Source of the DNA: Bacteroidota bacterium
GTDB lineage: Bacteria; Bacteroidota; Bacteroidia; Bacteroidales; JAGONC01
DNA: 64,000 bases
Reading direction: 5' to 3'
Assembly: GCA_026391695.1 (NCBI GenBank)
Contig: JAPLDP010000036.1
Location: 11,631-75,630, forward strand
The position numbers and the translations under genes are program-made. The notes beneath the pieces are model-generated. The model searched no databases, was not told the origin of the DNA, and worked only from the letters and a program-made list of their open reading frames with translations. Shown in pieces: positions 10,817 to 20,858 of the stretch (position 1 is its first letter; each line of letters begins with the position of its first letter).

Positions 10817-12295
10817 TTATTTTTGAACGATCAGCTTCCTGGTTATCACAGCATTTCCACTTTCCATTCTGACCATGTAAATGCCATCGGGCAGTTGACT
10901 GACGTCGAGTGTTTTAACCAGCATACCCTGTGTGTACTGTATGGTTTCATCAATCATGTTTTGTCCTACAAGATTCATCACCGCAATTCTAATATTACCT
11001 GATCCTCCCTTAGCCAATCGCAGATAAACCCGCCCGGAGCAGGGATTTGGATACATGCTGACCAGGTGATCATTCAGCTCCAGCGGATCAATACCAACCC
11101 CCATGACGATAAATGACCATACCTCGCTCCATTCCGATGTATCTCTCTGGTGACAGGCTCTCACACGCCAGTAATAAACTGTAGCGCTGTCAAGTGCAGG
11201 TGATGGCAGCGTGAATGTTTGATTGGCCGTTGTACTGGTTGCGGGTAATATATGTGTAATGGGTTCGATAAAATCGGGCGAATGGTTGATCATGATTTCA
11301 TAGGACTTGATACCTGTCACTGCCTTCCATATGAAAGTAGGATAAATGGGAATGCCTATAGCAGAGTCACCGGGAGAGTTCAGTACAACCTGATTGATGA
11401 CGGTGAATTTCCAGGTCTCCATCCACTCTGTGGTGTCTTTAGCATGATAGGCCTTAACCCTCCAATAATATTTAACGCCAAAATTGAGGGTGTCGGCATA
11501 ATTCGTTGCCGTAGTCGTATTATATGTTACTGCATCAGAAAAGCTTGAATTTGTTGCCAGCTGATAGATATAACCAAGAGCACCATCAACGGCAATCCAT
11601 CTCATCTTTTCATCCGGCATAACGTCAACAGCATTGTTATCGGGTTCTTTCAGTGCAAATACAGAGATGACAGTAAAATTCCAGGCTACTGACCATACGG
11701 TGGTATCTTTGCTATGCCCGGCTTGTATCCGCCAGTAATATTTTGTCCCGAAAGAAAGGTCGCTAGTGGTCACCCTGTCAACACCGCTGGCCCATGGCAC
11801 AACAAACTCGGTCAAGGAAGCACTGTTAAAATCAAGAGTGATATCCATCTGAATTTTATAGAATGTCAGACCGGTAACTGGTTTCCAAATCAACTGAACA
11901 TTCGCATCCTGTTTAGTAGCATTATTGGAGGGTTTAGAAAGGTCAACGGTTTCGAGCACCGTGAATGACCTGACCTCACTCCATGCCGATGTTCCCGTGT
12001 TGTCAATGGCTCTGACTTTCCAGAAATACTGTGTGTTAAATAATAATCCGGATGTGTTGACGCTGGTCAGATCTGTAGAATAGTTCACAGGATTTGTAAA
12101 TGATGCGTCAAGAGCCACCTGCACCTCGTAATGCAAACCTATAGCACCTGTGACCGCCTCCCAGTCGAGTAACACATCAGGGGCCTGCTTTGTGGCAGCA
12201 TTAGCCGGTGTTTTCAACGCCGGAGTATAAATGGTCACTCCAGCAAATAGATTGAATGATACCAGCAATAAAATAACGGTAGAGATCCTTTTCAT
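10817..12295 (-). CDS. Secreted protein with about five FN3-like tandem modules and a T9SS type A sorting domain
   Basis: 492-aa ORF with a signal peptide. About five ~95-aa repeats each end in (Y/K)Y(F/Y)WR(V/I)xA...T(S/T)xWS..(W/R)xFTV. The C-terminal MYPNPCSGRVYLRL...GIYMVRMESGNAVITRKLIVQK is a type A CTD. Confidence 0.8.
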   Translation of the reverse strand: MKRISTVILLLVSFNLFAGVTIYTPALKTPANAATKQAPDVLLDWEAVTGAIGLHYEVQVALDASFTNPVNYSTDLTSVNTSGLLFNTQYFWKVRAIDNTGTSAWSEVRSFTVLETVDLSKPSNNATKQDANVQLIWKPVTGLTFYKIQMDITLDFNSASLTEFVVPWASGVDRVTTSDLSFGTKYYWRIQAGHSKDTTVWSVAWNFTVISVFALKEPDNNAVDVMPDEKMRWIAVDGALGYIYQLATNSSFSDAVTYNTTTATNYADTLNFGVKYYWRVKAYHAKDTTEWMETWKFTVINQVVLNSPGDSAIGIPIYPTFIWKAVTGIKSYEIMINHSPDFIEPITHILPATSTTANQTFTLPSPALDSATVYYWRVRACHQRDTSEWSEVWSFIVMGVGIDPLELNDHLVSMYPNPCSGRVYLRLAKGGSGNIRIAVMNLVGQNMIDETIQYTQGMLVKTLDVSQLPDGIYMVRMESGNAVITRKLIVQK

Positions 12296-12365
12296 GCCTG
12301 TTTATTTAAATAATGTTTAACCAAATATTTTAATTACTTATCATTAATGTATCCTGACGACCTGT

Positions 12366-15278
12366 TTATCTCACCACTACAAACTTACCCGTAGCTTTCT
12401 GGTTGGGGCATGTAATGGTGATGACATAGGTTCCCGGTTGGAGGTCTTCGGAAGACATCCGAATTTCCTGCACACCGGAATTCATCACCCTCATATCCAA
12501 CGATTTAACTATGCGGCTATTCAGGTCATAAATATCAAGTTTTACAGGGCCGGCGTGGTCAAGGTTGAATTTTACCAAGGCTGAAGAAGAAACCGGATTG
12601 GGAAAGACAGAAACCACAGATACGGGATCCCCTTTGCCGGCAGAATGATCATCTATTCCGACAAAAGAAGAGGATGTAAATATGCCTCTGCCAAAAGTTG
12701 CTGCATAAATGGCCCCATAATTAGTGATTGGCCATGCGCTTAGTCTTTGCTGCTTCAGCATAAAGACCGGAACGACATCCATGCCATCATTTTCGATAGT
12801 CCACTGTGCACTGCCTGGATTTGTACATGTCCATATTCCATATTCGGTGCCAATGATAATACGGTCAGGACCATTCATCTCAAAGATGGAAGTATAAACG
12901 GGCATCTCAGGCAGATTACCCTGCATGGAGGAAAAACCGGGAATGGAATCGAGGGCATTGGTCGACATGTAAACATAATCAGTATTGCCATAATTCCCGA
13001 GTGTGACAACTATATTATTATCATCATTAGGATCAACAGTAACCGATGTAACCACACGGTTTCCAAAGTCCCTGATAAGGGTTGTTGAAACGATGCATGA
13101 GGGGCTGTTTACATCCGCACGATCATAATTATAGGCCAATGCTACGTTGGCAATACGGTAAAGCTTCCCGTTCTGCGTTCCAACATAAACGTAATTGACG
13201 TCGCCTGAAGTAGCAATGCACTGCGGAATTCCGTCAAAATTAGATATCTCCCACCATTCCGGTTCTTTTGTAAAATCAAGCACTTCCTTGGTCATCCACA
13301 CCACATCTTCAACAGCAATAAATAACCTGGCAGAAACAGGGTCCGGTATGCGAACGGTTTGATTTTTCCAGATTGCCACATCAGTCGTATAAATGAATGG
13401 GTATTGGGCATTATAACTCCGGGCAATAAGTGTGTCACCGGCTAAATAATCCCGTATAGCAACGAAATCAACCGAATCGCGTGTGTTCTCGTTATTGAAA
13501 CTTTCCCAAAGAATATAAGGAGTGATAAAAGCATTTGGATTTGCGATGTCATTGATTAAAAAAACAGGTGAGAAATTATACCCTCTGTCATCTGATCTTC
13601 TGATGTCAACCTTTTCTCTTCCTAAAATAAAACAATTGGGGAAAATCATGGATATTTCATTATAACCCCCATTGCCTGTGAGTAACTGTTCTGCATTTTT
13701 AGGTGTGTTACCCGATCCCAGCATCAGAATGCCATTACCCTGGGTGCCACCTAAGCAATGCCCCGCGTTATCAAAAGATACTGAGTAGAACTGGTTGACA
13801 TTATAGTTTCTATTCAATGCCACAAATGAATCGAAGCCATCGTTAGTGACATAGATGCCGCCATCACAGGCAACATAACAAATATTGGGATTGGAAGGAT
13901 CGAAAAGGTATCTGTGGTGGCTGCTGTGAATATAAGTATACCAGCCTTGAAGATCGCTATTTGATTTCTGGTTCCATTGGTAATACCCTGTTGGATTCAC
14001 CTGAACACCTTCCCACATATCATAACCACCGACGAAAATCCTGTCAGGATCGGTTGGATAGACAATAATTGTATTATTGTAATTGCCAAGGTAAAAATAA
14101 TTATTGGTACCATCAGCGACAAAGAACGAACCCAGGACATTAAACTGGTTGCTTCCGCCGGGGCCGATCAATTCCCATGTCAGCCCTTTGTCCTCCGATT
14201 TATATATACCCTCAAGCTGTCCGAATTCATTCGTATTCGTTGTGCTACTAACATCAATCCTGGCAATCACAGCATAAATGACATCGTTATTGGAAGGGGC
14301 GATGGCGAATTCAACGCGGCAAATTTCTTCCATTGGCAATTTGTCAGGATTCACAACTGTATCGGGCGCAGGGCTATACCGTGTAGAGTGGGAGACAAAA
14401 CCATTCGGGTCGCCACTGGCAGAAATATAGCACCAATTCTGCACAGACGCAACGACCAAGCCATTTGCAGCGACGCTGACATCAGTAGCAAGGGTATCGA
14501 GATTTTCACCTGTGGCAGCTTTGGCAAGTGTCCAGCTCTGCCCGCCATCATTGGAATATTTCAAACCTGTGTTGGTAGCAGCATATATTCTGCTGTTTGT
14601 TGGATCAACGGCCAGCTCATTAACATAAGCCCAATCGGCAGTATTTCCCACGGAAACATCAGGGATAGTAGATGATATAACGGTAAAACTAACTCCATCT
14701 GTAGATTTGAGGATACCATGTCCGATGAAACCAGGCAACTGTGATAATTTATAGGTTCCGCCAGCCAGGAAGATCTCGCCGGTACCAACATATATATCCC
14801 CGTTTGGAGCTTGTGCCATGCATGATACGGCTACATCGAAATCTGTAGTCTGTAACTGATGCCATGTTAATCCACCTGTCGTCGACTTCCATATACCTCC
14901 GGCCACACCGGCAGCATAAAGTGTTTTATTGGTAGCATCACGATGATCGAGAAGCAATGCACGGGTTCTGCCGGCAAAATTGTCAGGTCCTGCCTCTTCC
15001 CATGTCAATCCCAGTCCTCTTTCTGAAGCGGCTATTGATTTCACAACTTCCTGCCTGGCCCTCAGTACATCGGAAGGGTTTACCAGTCCCGTAACTTGGT
15101 TAATCCTCAATAGGCTATAATAGCTCTCCGATGATCTGATTCCGTCATTACCATTCTTTTTGGCAGCTGCACCGGTAATACCGTCGTGATGCCTGCCCAC
15201 TGCAGAGGTTAAAAGTATCACAAACGCTACACCACCGACAATAGACAGAATGTTAAAGAGTAGTTTTTTTCTTTTCAT
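12366..15278 (-). CDS. BNR/sortilin-like beta-propeller repeat protein with T9SS type A sorting domain
   Basis: 970-aa ORF with an N-terminal TM/signal anchor. It has repeated (S/T)xDGGxxW-type BNR motifs (STTGGLTW, SNDGGQSW, SEDKGLTW). The C-terminus is VFPNPVSSSALVKFNL...GTYVITITCPNQKATGKFVVVR. Confidence 0.8.
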   Translation of the reverse strand: MKRKKLLFNILSIVGGVAFVILLTSAVGRHHDGITGAAAKKNGNDGIRSSESYYSLLRINQVTGLVNPSDVLRARQEVVKSIAASERGLGLTWEEAGPDNFAGRTRALLLDHRDATNKTLYAAGVAGGIWKSTTGGLTWHQLQTTDFDVAVSCMAQAPNGDIYVGTGEIFLAGGTYKLSQLPGFIGHGILKSTDGVSFTVISSTIPDVSVGNTADWAYVNELAVDPTNSRIYAATNTGLKYSNDGGQSWTLAKAATGENLDTLATDVSVAANGLVVASVQNWCYISASGDPNGFVSHSTRYSPAPDTVVNPDKLPMEEICRVEFAIAPSNNDVIYAVIARIDVSSTTNTNEFGQLEGIYKSEDKGLTWELIGPGGSNQFNVLGSFFVADGTNNYFYLGNYNNTIIVYPTDPDRIFVGGYDMWEGVQVNPTGYYQWNQKSNSDLQGWYTYIHSSHHRYLFDPSNPNICYVACDGGIYVTNDGFDSFVALNRNYNVNQFYSVSFDNAGHCLGGTQGNGILMLGSGNTPKNAEQLLTGNGGYNEISMIFPNCFILGREKVDIRRSDDRGYNFSPVFLINDIANPNAFITPYILWESFNNENTRDSVDFVAIRDYLAGDTLIARSYNAQYPFIYTTDVAIWKNQTVRIPDPVSARLFIAVEDVVWMTKEVLDFTKEPEWWEISNFDGIPQCIATSGDVNYVYVGTQNGKLYRIANVALAYNYDRADVNSPSCIVSTTLIRDFGNRVVTSVTVDPNDDNNIVVTLGNYGNTDYVYMSTNALDSIPGFSSMQGNLPEMPVYTSIFEMNGPDRIIIGTEYGIWTCTNPGSAQWTIENDGMDVVPVFMLKQQRLSAWPITNYGAIYAATFGRGIFTSSSFVGIDDHSAGKGDPVSVVSVFPNPVSSSALVKFNLDHAGPVKLDIYDLNSRIVKSLDMRVMNSGVQEIRMSSEDLQPGTYVITITCPNQKATGKFVVVR

Positions 15279-15546
15279 ACATGTTTGTATTTATAAATAA
15301 GCATCTTAGAAATTTGGCAGATTTACATGAAAAGGCTCACAAGTTACGGCTTTTTTATTTACGTCCAAAAAAGTTGCTTTTAAAAAATTTCAACAAATAT
15401 ATGTTTAAATATAATTCAAACAAAATTAAGCGGTTTTAAGGGCGTTGATCCCTAAAAATCAGTTAACGGTTGGATGAAATCAGATAAAGGCAAATCCTAA
15501 TGAAGGTAATATTTTGATGAATAACACTAATGCTGTTTTAAGATGA

Positions 15547-17787
15547 TCAGGTTGCAGATTCCACGAGATATTTAAGATAATCCAGTAAAAGAGAAATCTC
15601 GTTCGGTTCAATGCCATGATTGATAAGATATTCCCTGTCATCCATAAAGCCCATCAGAAACAGGTCCAATGAATTACCTTTCTGCCTGATACTGGTGATA
15701 TAATTCTCGACTGCACTTTTTTTATTCCCCAGAGACCATTCCACATGCCCCAGGTTCATGTAATCATATTTGTTAGGCTCCTGGCTGATGATCTCGAGAT
15801 AATATTTTCTGGCCATATCCAGCTTTCCGGTGATAAAATTAATCCAGGCTATAGGCCGCCTGGCTTTCACACTGGATGATGTAAGATACTCCACTTTGTA
15901 AAAGCAGGCCAGCGCTTGCTCGTAATTTTTAATATCAAGGTGGCACTGCCCGATGATGGTTTGAACATTCAGATTATCGGGTTCCATTTCAAGAACCTGC
16001 TCATAATATTTTATGGCATCTTCATACTTCTTCAGATGCCTGTAACACAAACCGATTTTTTTCAATAACCATGCCCTGGGCGTATCGAATAACTCAGCCC
16101 GGTGAAAATATTCCAATGCCAATTCATATTGCTCAAGTCGCTGGTAACAATACCCTATTTTTTCATAGATCTCATAACTGTTATCGCCCTTGAGATTCAA
16201 CGATTTATATATCCCGACAGCATGTTCAAAGTGATCCTTTTCAAAATAAAATTCAGCGATATTTCGCAGGATGACAGGATCATCAATAAGCCGGGTGAAG
16301 AACCACGTTGAATGGATATCGAGCGGCATCCCAAAGATGTCTGTAAATTCAGACCTGAGGGGATGGAGTTTAAAAAACCGGTACAAATCCTGGATATACT
16401 GTGTGAAAATGAATTTATCAACAGATAGTTGATTCAGTAAAGTTTCCTCCTCAGTTACATCGGTCATTTGCTTTAACTCGGCATTGAAAAAATCCATTAG
16501 CAGAGTCTTTTGATTGGGAGGCAGATAACGCATGTTCAGACAGAAGGAGTATTTATCAGAATTGCACAGGTACGGCATTTTGGATATGCCATCCATAAAC
16601 ATGAAAGGATCAATATTTTCCTTTTCACTATTAAAGATATCGAGGATGACCTGGTTTTCTTTATGAAATGGCAGGAACCAGTTATGTATGACGCGAAAGA
16701 AGTCAAAATGCTTGAGCATGGCGAAAGCGCCCCAGAACACATCGGAACCTTCCATCTGCATATGGGTGAACTCCTCCATTTTTTCGTACAGATCAGGGGT
16801 GTCTTTGAAAAAGTCTTCCCATTCAGGATTTTTATCTTCCTGGAAATCTTTTGACAACAAGCTATTCAAGTCAAGCTTATCCTCCAGCTTTGGAGCCATT
16901 TTCATTACCTCAGGAATGATCTCCTCCTGCAGTTTTTTTGTAATTTTTTCTGTCTCCTTCGACCGCAACAGTTGTATAGCGACCATCTCTACATCCTTTC
17001 GGACTCTCTCTTTATATTGCAGTTCATCTATCCTTGACCTCAGATCACTATAAAGATGTATTCGTGAATCATACAGGTACAGGGATAAGACTAATCCAAC
17101 CAGCGCACGTTGCCACACCTGCTCCTCATGGTCTGCATAATAGTCAATTAAAATGATGATTTTATGCTTATCAAAACACCTTATAAGACTCATTGTCAAT
17201 GCACTGACAATGATGCATTTTTCATACCAGGGAATATTCTCCGATTTACGAATAGTTTGCAAAAGATTAATATCCGACTCCAGAAACTTATCCGTTAGCC
17301 AGATCAGATTAAAAATATTAGAAAGGACTTTATCGCGCTGTGACCAGTCAGAAATATTTTCTTCCTTTGCGACATAGGTGCTGCGAAGGACATCTGCAAG
17401 CTCACGTTCGAAAGAAAGACCGGAGAGTGATTCAGCCGCCTGCTCCTTGACCGATTCGAGACGTTTCTCAAATTCATGTTTCATGCGGTAAATCTCTTTA
17501 CCCGATCTCTGGGTAAAGATCGTATGCTTCACGACATCGGTCAGCTCAAGGATGGATATCAGCATGTGGTCATAAATCTTTGGGCGCTCAGGATCAGGTG
17601 TCCCTTCAATAGTATATTTAAGGATATTCCTGTATGTGACATCGATCTCATCATAGCGCATCCTGAGATCTCCACTTTGTGACATAACAATCAGCTGCAA
17701 AAGGTTGCCGAGGGCATCCTTGACTTTCTGCTGATTGATGAGGCTGATAATAAGCTGATATTTTTTTTCTACTTCCTCTACATCCAT
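15547..17787 (-). CDS. Tetratricopeptide (TPR) repeat protein
   Basis: 746-aa ORF. The C-terminal third holds several 34-aa TPR-like units (e.g. YEIYEKIGYCYQRLEQYELALEYFHRA, LLKKIGLCYRHLKKYEDAIKYYEQVLEMEP). The N-terminal two thirds have no motif I recognise. Confidence 0.7.
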   Translation of the reverse strand: MDVEEVEKKYQLIISLINQQKVKDALGNLLQLIVMSQSGDLRMRYDEIDVTYRNILKYTIEGTPDPERPKIYDHMLISILELTDVVKHTIFTQRSGKEIYRMKHEFEKRLESVKEQAAESLSGLSFERELADVLRSTYVAKEENISDWSQRDKVLSNIFNLIWLTDKFLESDINLLQTIRKSENIPWYEKCIIVSALTMSLIRCFDKHKIIILIDYYADHEEQVWQRALVGLVLSLYLYDSRIHLYSDLRSRIDELQYKERVRKDVEMVAIQLLRSKETEKITKKLQEEIIPEVMKMAPKLEDKLDLNSLLSKDFQEDKNPEWEDFFKDTPDLYEKMEEFTHMQMEGSDVFWGAFAMLKHFDFFRVIHNWFLPFHKENQVILDIFNSEKENIDPFMFMDGISKMPYLCNSDKYSFCLNMRYLPPNQKTLLMDFFNAELKQMTDVTEEETLLNQLSVDKFIFTQYIQDLYRFFKLHPLRSEFTDIFGMPLDIHSTWFFTRLIDDPVILRNIAEFYFEKDHFEHAVGIYKSLNLKGDNSYEIYEKIGYCYQRLEQYELALEYFHRAELFDTPRAWLLKKIGLCYRHLKKYEDAIKYYEQVLEMEPDNLNVQTIIGQCHLDIKNYEQALACFYKVEYLTSSSVKARRPIAWINFITGKLDMARKYYLEIISQEPNKYDYMNLGHVEWSLGNKKSAVENYITSIRQKGNSLDLFLMGFMDDREYLINHGIEPNEISLLLDYLKYLVESAT

Positions 17788-17800
17788 GACATGTATATTT

Positions 17801-19072
17801 CTACGAATTTCTTTCCATAATTTTTTTCACTTCCGATCTCACGAAAAGATAGTCTTCCCGGCTGATCAAAAAATCTTTTATTTCTGCACCACTCCTCCTG
17901 ATAAAAACAATCAGAAGATAGGCCATGTTCATAATGTAAGATACGGAAGCTGTAAGGCCGGCTGCTATCAATCCATACCTTGGGATAAAGACCAGTCCCA
18001 GTACCAGTGTAAATACAAGCCCTATGGCTGAGCCAATCATATTGTGCTGTGGTTTTCCCGTGCCGGAAAAAAAATGGCTCACCAGCATTGACACTGCCGT
18101 AGCCAATATTCCCAATGCGAGGGTTAGCATAATCAACCTAATATTCTCAAAATCCTGTCCGAAAATGGCTCCATACAGTCTTTCGGGTAAGGCCAGCAAA
18201 CCGGCCAGCACAATTGCTGTAAGCAGGAATGTGAACTTGAGTAACCGTAGGGTGACATTCCTGGCATAGATCATATCATTCACATTTGATATGCGGGCAT
18301 ATTGCACTGTGGCCACACTTTTGCCGATAAGCCATACGCCTTCGGAAATCTGCACACCTGCACCGTATAGTCCCAATGCTGCCCGCCCGCTGAACGCCTC
18401 AATGATATAGTAACTTAACCTGTAATTAAAAAATTGAATGATATTGGCAATCTGAAGGAACTTCCCATATTTAAAAAGCTCACCGATAACGTACCTCACT
18501 CCCGAAAGGCTTGTAACTGTGACATACTTCCTGATTGCTGCAAGACTCAGCAGAAAGACAAGGACATATCCTGAAAATAGGGCATAAACATAAGCTATCA
18601 CCTCAACACGATGCCAGACATAGATGAGCAATATTAAAACCAGAGTTGTCACCACCTGCTGGATCACTGTAAGGGTATTATATAAGCTTATCTTCTCCTT
18701 TCCGATAAGGATAGTCAGGTTAATCATTGCGAATGACTGAAACAATGACATGACCAAAATGTACCATGTGTATTCTGCAGGGATAAGGTTAAAGATTTGC
18801 AGGATGATGGCGCCGAACACCGAGGTGATAAGAGCCCAGATATAAGAGGGGACAAAGAGCTTGTAGAGGTCATGTCTGGGAACGAGATAAACGAGGGCGC
18901 CACCACCTATGAAATTGCTGATCATGAGCAGCACGGTAATCCCCAGAACCACCAATGTGATAGTTCCGAGTCCGACCTGGCCAAGATTATTCGTGTTAAT
19001 CACCAAGATGACCAGCGATAGGACCGCGTTGAACATACGCGATGCAGCGGTGCCTAAAATATTGCGGAACAT
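17801..19072 (-). CDS. wzx: Polysaccharide flippase (Wzx-like, MOP superfamily)
   Basis: 423-aa polytopic membrane ORF of ~12 hydrophobic segments. Its size and position in a glycosyltransferase locus are typical of O-unit/EPS flippases. Confidence 0.75.
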   Translation of the reverse strand: MFRNILGTAASRMFNAVLSLVILVINTNNLGQVGLGTITLVVLGITVLLMISNFIGGGALVYLVPRHDLYKLFVPSYIWALITSVFGAIILQIFNLIPAEYTWYILVMSLFQSFAMINLTILIGKEKISLYNTLTVIQQVVTTLVLILLIYVWHRVEVIAYVYALFSGYVLVFLLSLAAIRKYVTVTSLSGVRYVIGELFKYGKFLQIANIIQFFNYRLSYYIIEAFSGRAALGLYGAGVQISEGVWLIGKSVATVQYARISNVNDMIYARNVTLRLLKFTFLLTAIVLAGLLALPERLYGAIFGQDFENIRLIMLTLALGILATAVSMLVSHFFSGTGKPQHNMIGSAIGLVFTLVLGLVFIPRYGLIAAGLTASVSYIMNMAYLLIVFIRRSGAEIKDFLISREDYLFVRSEVKKIMERNS

Positions 19073-19077
19073 ATAAT

Positions 19078-19133
19078 CAGGTTACAGGTTGCAGGTTACA
19101 AGTTAAAGCTTCAAGCTTCAAACTACAGGTTAA
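19078..19133. repeat. Array of eight heptanucleotide units filling the flippase / upstream-gene spacer
   Basis: CAGGTTA CAGGTTG CAGGTTA CAAGTTA AAGCTTC AAGCTTC AAACTAC AGGTTAA. The array overlaps the last codons and stop of 19123..20832 and ends 6 nt before the flippase start codon. Confidence 0.7.
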
Positions 19134-20832
19134 AGATTCTTCTTAGTTTCAATGTGATTTTATTCCATAAGTGATACCTATCAAATATAAATCTTTTGCC
19201 GTCAAAAATGATATATTCTCCTGAAAGAGAAATGGTGTGTAATCCTTTATGATATTTCATTCTTTTTTCCTTATCCTTTACAAATTCAATGTATTTCACA
19301 GTTTCCTCTTCAAAGTGCCAGGGATCAAGTTTAATGATTTTATTGACGGCCACGCGTTCGCCGTATGTCACAGAACAATCCTGAGCAGGCCTGTGCAATT
19401 CGCCGGCTATGATAAATGGTGCGCCGGCCGGACGCGCTGAACAAACGTCGGTTTTCAGCGGATTATTGTTATGTGGCTTGTATTCTCCGAAGAGATCATT
19501 TGCATAATAAGCAAATAAATGCGTATCCGACAGGTGTTTTCTTGTAAAAAAGAGCCACCATAATTCCTGGTATTGAAATAGTGTCGGATCCACAGCATCT
19601 ATGCCTTCAAGGATTGTCTTGAAATGCACGAAAAGATCAGTTTCAGAGTCTAACCTGTAAACATTAACCTGCCTGCTGCCGGCCGACTCGGGTATGCAAT
19701 AGACTTGGCCTCCGCTTTCCAGAATATATGGGTAAGACAGGTGCCATGGCTCTTTTATCGCCGGTCTCCTGGATGAAACAACCCGGGTGACAGGATCAAA
19801 GCTGAAACGTGTAATGATTCCTTTGGACAACTTATAGTCATACTCTTCGCACATGATTTCCAACTGACCATTTCTTTCAAAAACAAAAGGATCCGCAAGG
19901 TACGTATGTCGCACAGGAATCGGAAGAAAGCCGCCATTCACCAGACCGTCCTGCTCAAAAAGCTGCTGCCGATCCATTCTAACGATGCTGATATTCCATT
20001 CCTCCGCTTTAAAAAGATCATCACAATAAAATGTTATCTTGTTGCGGAATCGTTTATAAAAGAATTTAAGCATCGTCCAGTTATGGGGAGTGCGATATAT
20101 TCTGGCTGCAGAAGAGCTCTCTTCACGGAACAGGCTGTCATAGCCGCAGTAAATGATGTCATTGGCAACCTGCAATGGCCATGGTGCTGTTTCGAAAAAC
20201 AGACGGTCTATATGAGCAGCATAGGAATGAAAAAGGGTCTTAAAAAAACCTTTCTTCAAGATGATCCCGGCATCCAGCCTGTTGGTAAGACGCTGAAGAA
20301 CAGCTCCATTAACAGGGTCGTCGAAACAGATTTCCCAGAATCCCGGAGGACCGCCACGATATTTCTGCTCATCGTCATGATGAAAAGACCAAACACCATA
20401 TTCGGCCGCATCAAGTATATCTCCCCGTATGATATTAAAACCAAATCTCAGGATGAAATCCAGTTCATATTCACGTATGACACTAATATCGGATGGAAAG
20501 AAATACTGCGAAAAATTTTCATTAATGGTTTGGCAGCGAATGACGGGAATGTTGCGTAATTCGTCAGCCAAGGACACCATTTTTTTTGCTTCAGGCCGGA
20601 AGCAATGATGCATATATTGGCGGTATAACAAATGAGAATAGGGGTAAGTTTGTAGCCTATCGAAAAGAGCGGATTTATCAGGGCTATGATCATCCATGAT
20701 AAGCAACATTGGCTGATGCCCTCCAGATATCAGATCCCTGATAGCCTGTGCTTGCCAGGCCTGGAATGTATAATCCCGGCACATGATGCCAAACTTCAAA
20801 TATTTTTTGCCTGAAGATGAAATATTATTCAT
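19123..20832 (-). CDS. Two-domain polysaccharide-locus protein: formyltransferase-like N-terminal fold fused to a propeller-like C-terminal domain of unknown function
   Basis: The ORF track starts at a GTG (20862); I prefer the ATG at 20832 (MNNISSSGKKYL...). The N-terminal half has a formyltransferase-like signature (...VWSFHHDDEQKYRGGPPGFWEI..DDPVNGAVLQRLTNRLDAGIIL). The C-terminal half is rich in beta-strand repeats. The product name is tentative. Confidence 0.55.
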   Translation of the reverse strand: MNNISSSGKKYLKFGIMCRDYTFQAWQAQAIRDLISGGHQPMLLIMDDHSPDKSALFDRLQTYPYSHLLYRQYMHHCFRPEAKKMVSLADELRNIPVIRCQTINENFSQYFFPSDISVIREYELDFILRFGFNIIRGDILDAAEYGVWSFHHDDEQKYRGGPPGFWEICFDDPVNGAVLQRLTNRLDAGIILKKGFFKTLFHSYAAHIDRLFFETAPWPLQVANDIIYCGYDSLFREESSSAARIYRTPHNWTMLKFFYKRFRNKITFYCDDLFKAEEWNISIVRMDRQQLFEQDGLVNGGFLPIPVRHTYLADPFVFERNGQLEIMCEEYDYKLSKGIITRFSFDPVTRVVSSRRPAIKEPWHLSYPYILESGGQVYCIPESAGSRQVNVYRLDSETDLFVHFKTILEGIDAVDPTLFQYQELWWLFFTRKHLSDTHLFAYYANDLFGEYKPHNNNPLKTDVCSARPAGAPFIIAGELHRPAQDCSVTYGERVAVNKIIKLDPWHFEEETVKYIEFVKDKEKRMKYHKGLHTISLSGEYIIFDGKRFIFDRYHLWNKITLKLRRIFNL

Positions 20833-20858
20833 TTTAACACCACTGGCGGTTAAAAAAA

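Noticed and set aside
13977-14675. 232-aa plus-strand ORF
   Set aside because: It is fully nested antisense in the strongly supported BNR/T9SS gene. It has a low-complexity Ile/Arg-rich translation and no motif.
19906-20559. 217-aa plus-strand ORF
   Set aside because: It is antisense within 19123..20832 and has no recognisable features. The opposite-strand gene has a coherent domain structure.
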